From positions 173,276 through 237,275 of the forward strand of contig OZ253480.1 of the NCBI GenBank assembly GCA_965261895.1: a stretch of 64,000 bases of DNA. The letters are read 5' to 3'. The notes under the pieces are model-generated. The model was not told where the DNA came from. It searched no databases and saw only the letters and a list, made by a program, of their open reading frames with translations. The translations under genes were made by a program, and so were the position numbers. This document shows, one piece after another, positions 17,972 to 26,709 of this stretch. Position 1 is the first letter of the stretch, and the number at the start of each line of letters is the position of its first letter. Origin of the DNA: an uncultured Candidatus Binatia bacterium. Lineage in GTDB: Bacteria > Desulfobacterota > Binatia > UBA9968 > JAJDTQ01.

Positions 17972-18526
17972 ATGATGTCGACCCAGACCAGCCATGCCCC
18001 ATGCACCTATCAGGACTATCTCAACACACCCGATGATGTCCGTTACGAACTCATCGAAGGAGAACTGCTGGTCATGGAGCCGGCGCCCACCACGTCGCAC
18101 CAGAGAGTCGTGGTCAATCTCACCCTTCTTCTCGCGCCATTCGCGAGGAACCATGGCCTGGGTGAAGTGCTCATCGCCCCCACGGACGTTTACCTCTCCG
18201 ACACCAACGTGTTGCAGCCGGACCTCCTCTTCGTATCCGCGGCGCGGACCTCCATCATCACCGAACGCGACGTCCACGGCGCCCCGGACCTGGTCGTCGA
18301 GATCGCTTCGCCGGCCACCCGACGGCGCGACCGCACCGTCAAGATGGAGATCTACGCGCGGTACGGGGTAGCTGAATACTGGCTGGCCGACCCCAAGGCC
18401 GCTACCGTCGAAACGCTCCGGCTGAAGGACGGGCAGATGGCGGCGACCGGGCGCTACGGCCGGGCGGACACTTTCACCACTCCTCTGCTGCCGGGCCTGA
18501 GCGTAGACGTGAGAAAGATTTTCTGA
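17972..18526 (+). CDS. Uma2-family (DUF820) endonuclease
   Basis: Start at the ATG at 17972 after GGGAGG. YELIEGELLVMEPAPTTSHQRVV…QPDLLFVS…PDLVVEIASP…KMEIYARYGVAEYWLADP is the Uma2 pattern. Confidence 0.85.
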   Translation: MMSTQTSHAPCTYQDYLNTPDDVRYELIEGELLVMEPAPTTSHQRVVVNLTLLLAPFARNHGLGEVLIAPTDVYLSDTNVLQPDLLFVSAARTSIITERDVHGAPDLVVEIASPATRRRDRTVKMEIYARYGVAEYWLADPKAATVETLRLKDGQMAATGRYGRADTFTTPLLPGLSVDVRKIF

Positions 18527-18665
18527 CGGGAGCCTGCACCGCAGAAATCGCGGCGACATTGCAGGGGCCAGGTTTCGGGCCCTGTCACACTCGCACCGTG
18601 TTGTCCGTGGATACACAATCCCCGAGGTTGGTTGAGCCGACTTCGCTCCACCGGAGGTTCCGTTC

Positions 18666-20675
18666 ATGTTTACCCATTTTGTCACACGTCGCAGGCAACC
18701 GTTCGCCGATGGTTACGAGTTCGGGGCCGCGGGTGCGTACGAGATCGTGGCGGGCGAGGCCCACGGCGAGGTCGCCCCGGAGGATCCCCGCAACGCCTGC
18801 ATCGTCAATCTCGCCAAGTCACCCCGGAACGAGCGTGGGGCCGTGGAGTACCGTTGCGACGTCCACATCCTGCGGCCGAAGGACATGGACAAGGGAAATC
18901 GGCGGGTGCTGTACGAGGCGCCCAACCGGGGCAGCAAACGCGGGTTGATGTTTCTCAACGATGCGCCGGAGTGCAACGACCCCGTGGCCCTGGAACACGC
19001 CGGCAACGGCTTCCTGATGCGGCACGGCTATACCTGGGTCACCTCAGGCTGGCAGGGGGATCTCGTGCCCTGGAAGGACGGCATGGTGCTGGAGGTCCCC
19101 GTCGCCACGGACGGCGAACAGCCTATCCGTCGCCGCGTTCGCGTCGATATCTGCGTCAATCGCCCTGGCGTCTACATCCAACCTCTGAGCGGCGATCCGC
19201 GCGTCCGTAGCTATTCCGCCGCCAGCCTGGACACCTCGGAGGCCGAGCTGACGGTCAGGATGCAGTCCTACGGTGAGCGAGAGGTCATACCGCCCACTGA
19301 GTGGGCGTTTGCCGTCGTGGACGCCGGGGCCGGCGACGGACCAGCAAAGGTCAAACCCAGCGCTTCCCATATCCACCTACCGGGAGGATTCATCCCGGGC
19401 GCCATCTACGAGTTGGTGTACAAGGCCCAGGGCCCGCTGGTGCTGGGCCTGGGCTTCGCAGCCGTCCGGGATCTGGTGTCGTTCCTCCGCTACGAACAGA
19501 AGGACGGCGACGGCAACCCCAACCCCCTGTCGGAAGGAACGGGTATCGAGAAGACCTATGCCTGGGGCCGGTCCCAAAGCGGCCGGTTCCTGCGGGACCT
19601 GGTCTACCACGGGTTCAACGAGGACGAGCGCGGCCGGCAGGTGTTCGACGCCATCGCGCCCCACGCCTCGGGCGGCGGGCGCATGTTCCTCAACTACGAA
19701 TTCGCGCGGCCGGTCACCTCGTGCCAGCAGCACACCAATCAACTCGAACCCGAGCTATTCCCGTTCGCCTACAACGTCCTGGAGGACCCCCAGACGGGTC
19801 GCAAAGACGGCATCCTGAAACGGCCTGCCACCGATCCCCTCGTGGTCCATACCCAGACCTCCACCGAGTACTGGCAGAAGCGAGGGTCACTGGCGCACAC
19901 CGACGGCCGGGGAAACGACGTCCCCCTGCCCGACCGCGTGCGCATGTACCTGATGGCCAGCACGCAGCACAACGCCCCCTACGGCACTCAGGCTGCCAGG
20001 GGAAAGACCCGGCACCCGAACAATCCCCTACCCATCGGCCCGGCCCTGCGCGCGCTCATCGTCGCCATGGACCGCTGGGCCACCGACGGCACCGCCCCGC
20101 CCCCGAGCCGTATCCCGGGCAACGCCGACGGCACGCAGGTCAACCCGGAGAGCCTGCGCAACGGCTTCCCGGCCATCCCCTGGGCGGGCTGCACCGGGCT
20201 CCACAACCGTCAGCTCTTCCTGGACTACGGCGAAGGCGTCGCCCGCGGCGTCATCGACGCCCGCCCGAAGCCCCCACCCGACGGCGCCGACTACACCATC
20301 CTGGTGCCCGCCGTGGACACGGACGGAAACGAAGTCCCCGGGATCCGCCTCCCCTGGCTCACCGTCCCGCTCGCCACCTACACCGGATGGAATCTCCAGT
20401 CCAAGGAGCTGGCCGAAGGCGAACTGGCGGGCCTACTGGGCTCTTCCATCCCCTTCCCCCGGACCCGGGCTGAACGTGAGGCGAGCGGCGACCCGCGGTC
20501 CTCCCTGGAGGAGCGCTACCGCGACGTGGACGACTATCTCCAGCAGGTAAGAACGGAAATCGGGTCTCTGGTCCAGGCCGGTCTCATGCTTGTCGAGGAC
20601 ACGGACGCGCTGGTGACCGATTGTCGTCAGGCGTTTCTGGACGCTGTGACTTATGATCCAAAGCAAGGGGCTTGA
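18666..20675 (+). CDS. Large alpha/beta-hydrolase-domain-like hypothetical protein (669 aa)
   Basis: Long ORF with native-looking codon usage. I only recognise a general resemblance to uncharacterised alpha/beta-hydrolase-domain proteins. Its last ~47 codons have a divergent duplicate at 27609..27746. Confidence 0.7.
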   Translation: MFTHFVTRRRQPFADGYEFGAAGAYEIVAGEAHGEVAPEDPRNACIVNLAKSPRNERGAVEYRCDVHILRPKDMDKGNRRVLYEAPNRGSKRGLMFLNDAPECNDPVALEHAGNGFLMRHGYTWVTSGWQGDLVPWKDGMVLEVPVATDGEQPIRRRVRVDICVNRPGVYIQPLSGDPRVRSYSAASLDTSEAELTVRMQSYGEREVIPPTEWAFAVVDAGAGDGPAKVKPSASHIHLPGGFIPGAIYELVYKAQGPLVLGLGFAAVRDLVSFLRYEQKDGDGNPNPLSEGTGIEKTYAWGRSQSGRFLRDLVYHGFNEDERGRQVFDAIAPHASGGGRMFLNYEFARPVTSCQQHTNQLEPELFPFAYNVLEDPQTGRKDGILKRPATDPLVVHTQTSTEYWQKRGSLAHTDGRGNDVPLPDRVRMYLMASTQHNAPYGTQAARGKTRHPNNPLPIGPALRALIVAMDRWATDGTAPPPSRIPGNADGTQVNPESLRNGFPAIPWAGCTGLHNRQLFLDYGEGVARGVIDARPKPPPDGADYTILVPAVDTDGNEVPGIRLPWLTVPLATYTGWNLQSKELAEGELAGLLGSSIPFPRTRAEREASGDPRSSLEERYRDVDDYLQQVRTEIGSLVQAGLMLVEDTDALVTDCRQAFLDAVTYDPKQGA

Positions 20676-20679
20676 CTGT

Positions 20680-20700
20680 TTGTTCGCTATATGCGAACAA
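20680..20700. promoter_or_regulatory. Palindromic candidate operator upstream of the RelE/ParE-XRE pair
   Basis: TTGTTCGC-TATAT-GCGAACAA, 19 nt upstream of the toxin ATG (20720). Confidence 0.45.
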
Positions 20701-20719
20701 GACTTCTGTAGAATCCCTC

Positions 20720-20977
20720 ATGAAGATCGAGTGGACGCCGAAAGCGGTGAAGGACATGCGCTCTCTCCCGTCGCGGGAGCGAAACCGGATTGTTGCCAAG
20801 ATAGAACAGTACGCTGAAGACCCCGCATCACTCGCCCAACAAGTGGTCATGTTAACCGGGAGTGAGTACCGGCGGATGCGGGTGGGTACGTATCGAGTCA
20901 TCTTCGACATCAAGAATGAAACGATAGCTGTAATGGTGGTTTTGAGAGTCAGGCATCGAAGGGAAGCGTATGGTTAA
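20720..20977 (+). CDS. Type II toxin, RelE/ParE family
   Basis: MKIEWTPKAVKDMRSLPSRERNRIVAKIEQYAEDP…YRRMRVGTYRVIFDIKNETIAVMVVLRVRHRREAYG is a typical RelE/ParE fold signature. Overlaps the downstream antitoxin by 8 nt. Confidence 0.85.
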   Translation: MKIEWTPKAVKDMRSLPSRERNRIVAKIEQYAEDPASLAQQVVMLTGSEYRRMRVGTYRVIFDIKNETIAVMVVLRVRHRREAYG

Positions 20978-21308
20978 GGCAGAAACCATCACTCTGAAAC
21001 GCTCCGATTATGATTCCTTGGTGACCAGGAATGAGGAGCTCGAGGACCTCCTGGCGGCTCGTGACGCGGACGACGGCAGCCGGATCCCTCATGAGGTGGC
21101 TCTTGCCGTCATGAACGGTACCAGCCCCTGCGCCGCTTTCCGGAAACATCTTGGGATGACACTGCGTGACCTCTCCGAGAAGACAGGGGTCGCCGCGAGC
21201 TACCTTTCCGAGATCGAGCGCGGTCTCAAACCCGGATCTGCCTCAGTGCTGTCCCGGCTCGCAGGTGTATTTGGCACGACCATCGATGCATTGGTCGAGG
21301 TTGATTGA
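20970..21308 (+). CDS. XRE-family HTH antitoxin
   Basis: C-terminal HTH: LGMTLRDLSEKTGVAASYLSEIERGLKPGSASVLSRLAGVFGTTIDAL. Toxin-first (HigBA-like) gene order. Confidence 0.8.
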   Translation: MVKAETITLKRSDYDSLVTRNEELEDLLAARDADDGSRIPHEVALAVMNGTSPCAAFRKHLGMTLRDLSEKTGVAASYLSEIERGLKPGSASVLSRLAGVFGTTIDALVEVD

Positions 21309-21429
21309 AATGCCGGCTTTCCATCGGCCCTCGAAACGTGACGGTCGGGCAACGGGCGAATCGGGAACGAGCCTCGGTCGTGGCCCGTGCAGTGCCTTAG
21401 ATGACGCTGGGTTGCGAAGGTGGCTACCG

Positions 21430-22932
21430 TCAGTACTCTGGCGCTACATCCCTAGTCCTGCGAGAGCGGAACACTTTTCGGTCCTTGGTGTCATACTCTA
21501 GGCTCTTGACGTACAGGACGGCGAGACTATCCATATTCAGCCGCAGAGCCGGACTATTGGTAGACAGTCCGTCGTCGCTCTCTTGGTCGGGCCAGATCGC
21601 CGCATCCAATGATGCTCTCATGGCGTCAGCAACGGTCCCAGTGGGCTTTGTCGGCGCCACCGTTTCGGCTGGTTCGAGTGGAATAGTCTCGACAATTGTA
21701 ATGTCGTCGGCAATGTAGTCGTTCAATTCGTCTTCGGCATTTTCATCGCCGAAGTACATGTTTACGGTCACTTCGGCTTCTTTGGGCAAGGCAGATGGCT
21801 CTACACCGCAGGCGTGGTTGAACAAGACCACATTGCTGCCTTTGCTGCCGGTTTGCGACGAGCGGAAAATGATTCCGTCTAGCCGCGGTTCCACCTTGTT
21901 GGCAAGGTACTCGGCCACTACTTGGGTCGCGAGGTATTCGAATACTTCGTCCTGTGGCATAACAGGACGACTTATCTCCTGAACCAGGCTCCGAAGGAAA
22001 GACGCCCGCCCTAAGCCCTCTGCATAGCCTGGATCGAAGTGGCTTCCGGCCACGTAGACTTCTTTGAGGGCGTCAAAGTCCAAGAGTCGCAACGGTCGCA
22101 GCACCTCGAATTTGGCCACCACGACGTGGCTGCCTACCGGGGCACGAACCTCAGCCACACAAGTGTCCGTTTCAAAAGCGCCGTAGAAAACTGGAATGCC
22201 CGCTGCGTTCATCCGTCCGTTCCTTGCACGCCGCGTTGGTGGCGGGCCTAGTTCCCGGACCGAAGCGCCGAGGATGGCCTTGAGTTCCTCAGCCGATTCC
22301 GCCTTGCGTGCACGCCAGATGAAGTTGTCTTCGCCGCCCGGAGCAATTTCACGAATGACGTGCCGGCCTTTGTAGTCCGTAAGTGCGCTCAGTTCTCCGA
22401 ATATAAGCTCCAGCGACTTTTCGGCGTACGTGCTGAAGAATCTTGCATGAGAGCGTATCTCGCGATGGAACGCGTCCCATTCTTCGTGAAAGCCTAAGTC
22501 ATCAGCACCACGTTCCTCGTACAGGGCTTCGTCGTCGTAAAGGGCGGTATCATGGTCCTTGACGATGCCCCAGGGATCGTCGTGGAGGTGAGCTAACCGC
22601 TCGGTCACGTCGCTGGCTATTTCACTGCTGATACCTGCCATATCGCCGATCACATCCTCTACTGGCCAACCGGGGCGGTGCCACAATCCTTCCTTGGCTA
22701 ACACGTAGTCGATTCCTTCCGGCTCGCTAGGTGTCAGTTCATAGTGCTCTTGGAGCGCCTCGTGGATAAGGTCAGCCAACTCTTCCAACGGAATAGCCTG
22801 TCGCCTTTCGTGACAGTAGGTGCATTGCCGGGGATGACTCTTCTCTGTCACTTCGTTGGCAAGGAAGTCATCGCCGATGCATCCGTGGCAGACGAACTTC
22901 GTGTCGTCTTGGTCTTGTTGCTGATTCATCAC
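21430..22932 (-). CDS. RES-domain protein with N-terminal zinc-ribbon domain (HEPN/RES-NTD1-like) and acidic C-terminal tail
   Basis: CHGC…CTYCH near the N-terminus. RES core RRARNGRMNAAGIPVFYGAFETDTCVAEVR … IIFRSSQTGSKGSNVVLF. About 130 aa of extra acidic C-terminus. Visibly lower GC than the flanks. No co-oriented Xre/antitoxin gene upstream. Confidence 0.8.
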   Translation of the reverse strand: MMNQQQDQDDTKFVCHGCIGDDFLANEVTEKSHPRQCTYCHERRQAIPLEELADLIHEALQEHYELTPSEPEGIDYVLAKEGLWHRPGWPVEDVIGDMAGISSEIASDVTERLAHLHDDPWGIVKDHDTALYDDEALYEERGADDLGFHEEWDAFHREIRSHARFFSTYAEKSLELIFGELSALTDYKGRHVIREIAPGGEDNFIWRARKAESAEELKAILGASVRELGPPPTRRARNGRMNAAGIPVFYGAFETDTCVAEVRAPVGSHVVVAKFEVLRPLRLLDFDALKEVYVAGSHFDPGYAEGLGRASFLRSLVQEISRPVMPQDEVFEYLATQVVAEYLANKVEPRLDGIIFRSSQTGSKGSNVVLFNHACGVEPSALPKEAEVTVNMYFGDENAEDELNDYIADDITIVETIPLEPAETVAPTKPTGTVADAMRASLDAAIWPDQESDDGLSTNSPALRLNMDSLAVLYVKSLEYDTKDRKVFRSRRTRDVAPEY

Positions 22933-23182
22933 GGAGGAAAGTGCCCCTGAGGGGCTTAGAACAGTGGTCTAACTGACTGTATTCTATGATTTTTCCGAGC
23001 CTCTGTCTACGCTTCCCCCCAGAATACCCTACTATGGGGATGGGAGTATTGGTTGTCCGCCGCGGCAGCCACCGCACGTGCTCGATCCGCTGGCGCTCCA
23101 AGTCCTCATCCGGGAGACGCCGATATTGGCCGCACGTGCACGAGAAGCCGTCTGGGCCCGCTTTGACCACCATCCGGTGAAT

Positions 23183-23804
23183 CGACAGCGCAATGAACCG
23201 GCCGTCCTTCGCGCTCGTGGAGCTCCGCATACCGTTCACCAGCGCCCGGTCCCTCTCCGCGAACAGCCCGAGCTCGTCAATGATCGCGTCATCGAATCCT
23301 GACGCATGGCCCGCGCTCTCGTCAGCCGAGAGAATGTCCACGCTTCCCTTGGCGCTCTCCACACGCCCCGGCGCCGGCGATCGCAGAAACCGGGAGCCGG
23401 CCAGCCCGACACCAAGGCGATGGCCGCGCCATCTGCGCCTTGAGCTCGCGGCCTTCTCCTTGTTGACGATCGCGACGCCGGACCGATAGCCCGCCGTCCG
23501 CAGCGGCCCCACCAGACGGGCCAGAAGGTGGGCGGCCACTATCGCGCTCTTGGCGTTCTTGCGGCCGATGCACAGGAAGGATTCCCGGTGGGTAAGCGCG
23601 TCCTCGATGAAGGCCACGCCATAGTCGGGCAGGGTCAGCGGCCCGCTAGCCGTGGATGGCCGACCGGGACCTTCAGCACGTCCCGACTGCAAGCCGCCAA
23701 GGCGCCGGCCGGGTCAGACGGCTAGGTCGGCCCGCCGCCGCCCGTTTCCTCACCCGGTGACGTCGTACCGCTTCAGTGCGTCTCGCCTTGTCCTTGTAAG
23801 GCAT
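23183..23804 (-). pseudogene. Phage terminase large subunit, N-terminal (ATPase) fragment, copy 1, multiply frameshifted
   Basis: MPYKDKARRTEAVRRH… then …LPDYGVAFIEDALTHRESFLCIGRKNAKSAIVAAHLLARLVGPL… and …DDAIIDELGLFAERDRALVNGMRSSTSAKDGRFIALSI fall in three different frames. Nucleotide-level homolog of 28700..29526. Confidence 0.8.
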
Positions 23805-23810
23805 CCGGCG

Positions 23811-24017
23811 TCACTTTGAGAGAATGAACTTCAGCAACTCGATCAGGAACGTAAGAAGCAAACTGCCCGCTGCGATCCCCAATCCCCACTGGGTATAGCG
23901 ATAACTCTTCCTCAGCTGGCGGTTGTCGTTCCACAGCCGGAAGAGTTCATCCGCTCCTTCGAAAGTCATTCCGTTGCGTACCTTGATGAAGAAACAATCT
24001 TCCTTCCGGTTCATCAA
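23811..24017 (-). CDS. Hypothetical small membrane-anchored protein (68 aa)
   Basis: AT-rich ORF with one C-terminal hydrophobic helix (WGLGIAAGSLLLTFLIELLKFIL). No recognisable family. Confidence 0.4.
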   Translation of the reverse strand: MMNRKEDCFFIKVRNGMTFEGADELFRLWNDNRQLRKSYRYTQWGLGIAAGSLLLTFLIELLKFILSK

Positions 24018-24203
24018 CAGGTTGTCCCGCAGCTTCGACTTTGAGTCGACTCGCTCACTCCAAATGCCCTTCCAATACTCGGCACGCCAATCTTCATTGG
24101 GCCGGCACTTTTAGGTTGGCGCGTTCTTCTGAGCTCCATGTGAGGTGGTCCCGGTTGGTTGGACAGGGGGGCGGCCGAGATAAGGTGTATTCCCGACGTC
24201 CGA

Positions 24204-25153
24204 TCATGCCGCCAGAGTTCTGTTTATCATGACTTTGTGTTCTGGTTGAACCGGTAGAGGGGCAGACAAGCGGTGGGGCTTGGGCTGCAACTGTGGCGGC
24301 AGTCCTTTTTCGTAGGCCTCGGCTGGGGTGGCGCCAGCGAGGGCAGAATGAGGCCTCGTGGTGTTATAGAAGTTGAGCCACTTGGCAATGGCCTTTTGGG
24401 CGGCGAAGCCGTCTGAGAGCTCGTGCAGGTAGAAGGCCTCGTACTTCATCGAGCGCCAGAGGCGCTCGCTCAAGATGTTGTCCATGCAGCGGCCCCTGCC
24501 GTCCGTGGAGATGGCGACGCCGGCGTTTTTGAGCACGGCGGTGAACTCGAAGCTGGTGAATTGGCTGCCTTGGTCGGTATTGAAGATCTCGGGCCGGCCG
24601 TAGCGGTCCAGGCTTCAGCCAGGGCCTCGACGCAGAACCCGGCATCCAGGGTGTTAGACAGCCTCCAGGAGAGCACACGGCGGGTGGCCCAGTCCATGAT
24701 GGCCACCAGGTACAGGAAACCGCGCTGGACGGGAATGTAGGTTATGTCCGTGCTCCAGACCTGATTGGGCCGCTCAATGGCGAGCCCCTTCAGAAGATAG
24801 GGATAAATCCGGTGCTCGGGATGCCGGGTGGTGGTCCGCGGCGCCTGGTAGATGGCCTGTAGCCCCATCAACCGCATCAGACGCCGAACCCGGTGACGAC
24901 CCACACAGATGCCTTCCCGCCACAAATGACGGACCATCTGGCGGCTGCCGTAGAACGGGTACTCTAGAAACAGTTCATCGATCCGCCGCATCAACCCCAG
25001 GTTCGCATTCGCACCCTTGGGCCGGTGGTACAGCGAGGACCGGTTGACGGAAAGCAAGCGACATTGACGGCTCAAGCTGAGTCTCGGGTGGTCGCGACGA
25101 ATCATCGCCCTGCGCCTCTCCCAGCTCACCACTTGAGCCCTTTGGCCAAAAAA
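24204..25153 (-). pseudogene. IS3-family transposase OrfB (DDE), interrupted by a 1-nt deletion near 24610
   Basis: The -1 frame after the heptamer at 25153-25147 gives …FFGQRAQVVSWERRRAMIRRDH…NQVWSTDITYIPVQRGFLYLVAIMDWATRRVLSWRLSNTLDAGFCVEALAEA. The expected continuation (L)DRYGRPEIFNTDQGSQFTSFEFTAVLKNAGVAISTDGRGRCMDN… then appears in another frame (ORF 24204..24536). Confidence 0.8.
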
Positions 25154-25407
25154 TCTCGCTCCACCGTCAACTCCCCGATCTTCGCGTGCAGGTCCCGGAT
25201 CTCCCCCTCGTGGTCCCCACGACTCCGCTCCGCCCCCTTCGAGAAGACCTCCCTCATCCCCTCCACCGCCCGCTGCTTCCACGTGCTCACCTGGTTCGGA
25301 TGGACCTTGTGCCGCGTGGCGATCTCCTGGGTCGTCTTGTCCCCGCGCAGCGCTTCCAGCGCCACCTTCGCCTTGAACTCCCCCGTGAATCGCCGTCTCG
25401 TGCTCAT
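25126..25407 (-). CDS. IS3-family transposase OrfA (HTH)
   Basis: MSTRRRFTGEFKAKVALEALRGDKTTQEIATRHKVHPNQVSTWKQRAVEG… is the classical IS3 OrfA. Confidence 0.9.
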   Translation of the reverse strand: MSTRRRFTGEFKAKVALEALRGDKTTQEIATRHKVHPNQVSTWKQRAVEGMREVFSKGAERSRGDHEGEIRDLHAKIGELTVERDFLAKGLKW

Positions 25408-25527
25408 TGCGTATCCTTCCCTCAGTCGGTGGAATACACCTTAGCAACCTGTCCGACTTTTCTGGGACCACCTCACTGGTACGTGAGGGGGCACAGCGGC
25501 TGATACAGCGTGTCATTCGGTAGTGTC

Positions 25528-25743
25528 TCAGTTTGAATCCTTCTCGATCAAATTCACGATCCAGCCCATGTCGTACAGGTGGGGCGTGAGGTTTGCCTGC
25601 ATGGCTGGCGTACACCCCAGCGTCTTGTGAATCCGCACCCAGTTGTACCAGGTGAAGTAGAGCGCCAGCATGTGGTAGTGGTTCTCGATCCGCTTGCTGA
25701 AGCCGTTGGTGAGCCGAGTGAAGCGGCGCATGGACATCCGCAT
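25528..25743 (-). pseudogene. IS1-family transposase, C-terminal fragment
   Basis: MRMSMRRFTRLTNGFSKRIENHYHMLALYFTWYNWVRIHKTLGCTPAMQANL… matches the conserved C-terminus of single-ORF IS1-family transposases (compare [25 protein letters not shown] in E. coli IS1). No N-terminal part is present. Confidence 0.7.
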
Positions 25744-25779
25744 GGCCAGATTGTCAATCGGACAGTGCGTGCACCATCT

Positions 25780-26370
25780 ATGTCCACAACAGACCTCATA
25801 ATAGCCGTAATTGTAGTCGTCACTGGATGCGCGATAATTTTTCTTGCAGCTCTTCTCGGTGAATTGTCGGGGCGGCGCGCGAAACCGCGGCCAAACTCCC
25901 GCGTCAAAGATACTCTGAGGATCATCGTCGGCATCGTCTTTGCGGCTGGCCTCTGCTTGGCTCCCCTCGTCGCCCTGGCTTTCGTGGACATCGGTTCCTT
26001 GGGGACTGGCATTGTCCTCATCGGCACCGTTATCTGGTGGTTGCTCCTAATAGACTTGTCGCAGCGGTGGCAGTCACAGAAGAACCCCAACTTCGGGTCG
26101 CCGAAAACGGACGAGACCCAAGGCGCCCAGCGTCAACGGCAAAGAGGACCCGAGGCGCCCAAGGCCCAGCCATCCAGGAAGCGAACATGGCGAACTGTCC
26201 TGGGTTTCAAGGAGGATGAGAACCCCGGCATGCGCAAAGTCAGATCCGCCTACCGTCGATTGGCGAAATCAGCCCACCCGGATGCTGGCGGGACCCATGC
26301 GCAAATGATCAAATTGAACACCGCCCTAAACGAGGCCAGAAAGGAATCGCACGAGAAGGATTCAAACTGA
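25780..26370 (+). CDS. Membrane protein with C-terminal J-domain (DjlA-like layout), passenger inside the IS1 shell
   Basis: Three hydrophobic segments (LIIAVIVVVTGCAIIFLAALLG, IIVGIVFAAGLCLAPLVALAFV, IVLIGTVIWWLLLI), then VLGFKEDENPGMRKVRSAYRRLAKSAHPDAGGTHAQMIKLNTALNEA with the HPD motif. The last 5 codons and the stop lie inside the IR. Confidence 0.55.
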   Translation: MSTTDLIIAVIVVVTGCAIIFLAALLGELSGRRAKPRPNSRVKDTLRIIVGIVFAAGLCLAPLVALAFVDIGSLGTGIVLIGTVIWWLLLIDLSQRWQSQKNPNFGSPKTDETQGAQRQRQRGPEAPKAQPSRKRTWRTVLGFKEDENPGMRKVRSAYRRLAKSAHPDAGGTHAQMIKLNTALNEARKESHEKDSN

Positions 26371-26683
26371 GACACTACCTGTCATTCGTGCATCTGTTCG
26401 CCGCTCCATTCCTGTTGGTTTTCGCCAACAGTTTGGAGCGGCCCTCTCACTCTTACAATCTTCAATGTGAGACATTTTCGATTGTCACAAAATGGGACAT
26501 TTACCGTTGCCACCAACATGGCGTCCTGATCGTGGTGGTTCGGGTCTGGATTCTCGTGCGTCCGCTTCTAGTTCAACCCGGACGCCCAGTGTGCGTCGAG
26601 CACCGGCACGGCGAGAATTATTCTCCAGGGACCGATCGTCCCGGCGGGTCATGCTACATCGTTGATTTCTCCCGATTGATATG

Positions 26684-26702
26684 TGTACCGGTATGCGGTA
26701 CA
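26684..26702. promoter_or_regulatory. Palindromic candidate operator upstream of higBA
   Basis: TGTACCG-GTATG-CGGTACA ends 8 nt before the higB ATG (26710). Confidence 0.45.
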
Positions 26703-26709
26703 GAAAACC

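Larger units (their letters stand above)
24141..25475 (-). mobile_element. IS3-family insertion sequence (1335 bp), probably defective
   Basis: Imperfect terminal IRs: TGAGGTGGTCCCGGTTGGTTGGACAGG (24141-) versus the reverse complement of CCTGTCCGACTTTTCTGGGACCACCTCA (-25475). orfA plus orfB with a TTTTTTG slippery site. orfB carries an additional frameshift. Confidence 0.85.
25519..26379. mobile_element. IS1-family derivative (861 bp) with perfect 28-bp IRs and an 8-bp target duplication; transposase reduced to its last 71 codons
   Basis: IRs: GGTAGTGTCTCAGTTTGAATCCTTCTCG (25519-25546) and its exact reverse complement (26352-26379). The IR begins GGnnnTG as in IS1. The flanking direct repeat TGTCATTC lies at 25511-25518 and 26380-26387. 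Confidence 0.8.

Noticed and set aside
22990-23185. Short Cys-containing ORF (MVVKAGPDGFSCTCGQYRRLPDEDLERQRIEHVRW…) upstream of the RES gene, considered as a hidden antitoxin or SWIM-like zinc finger.
   Set aside because: It is in the same frame as the decayed terminase ORF read-through. It lacks a complete CxCxnCxH motif, any HTH or a ribosome-binding site. There is no evidence beyond an open frame.
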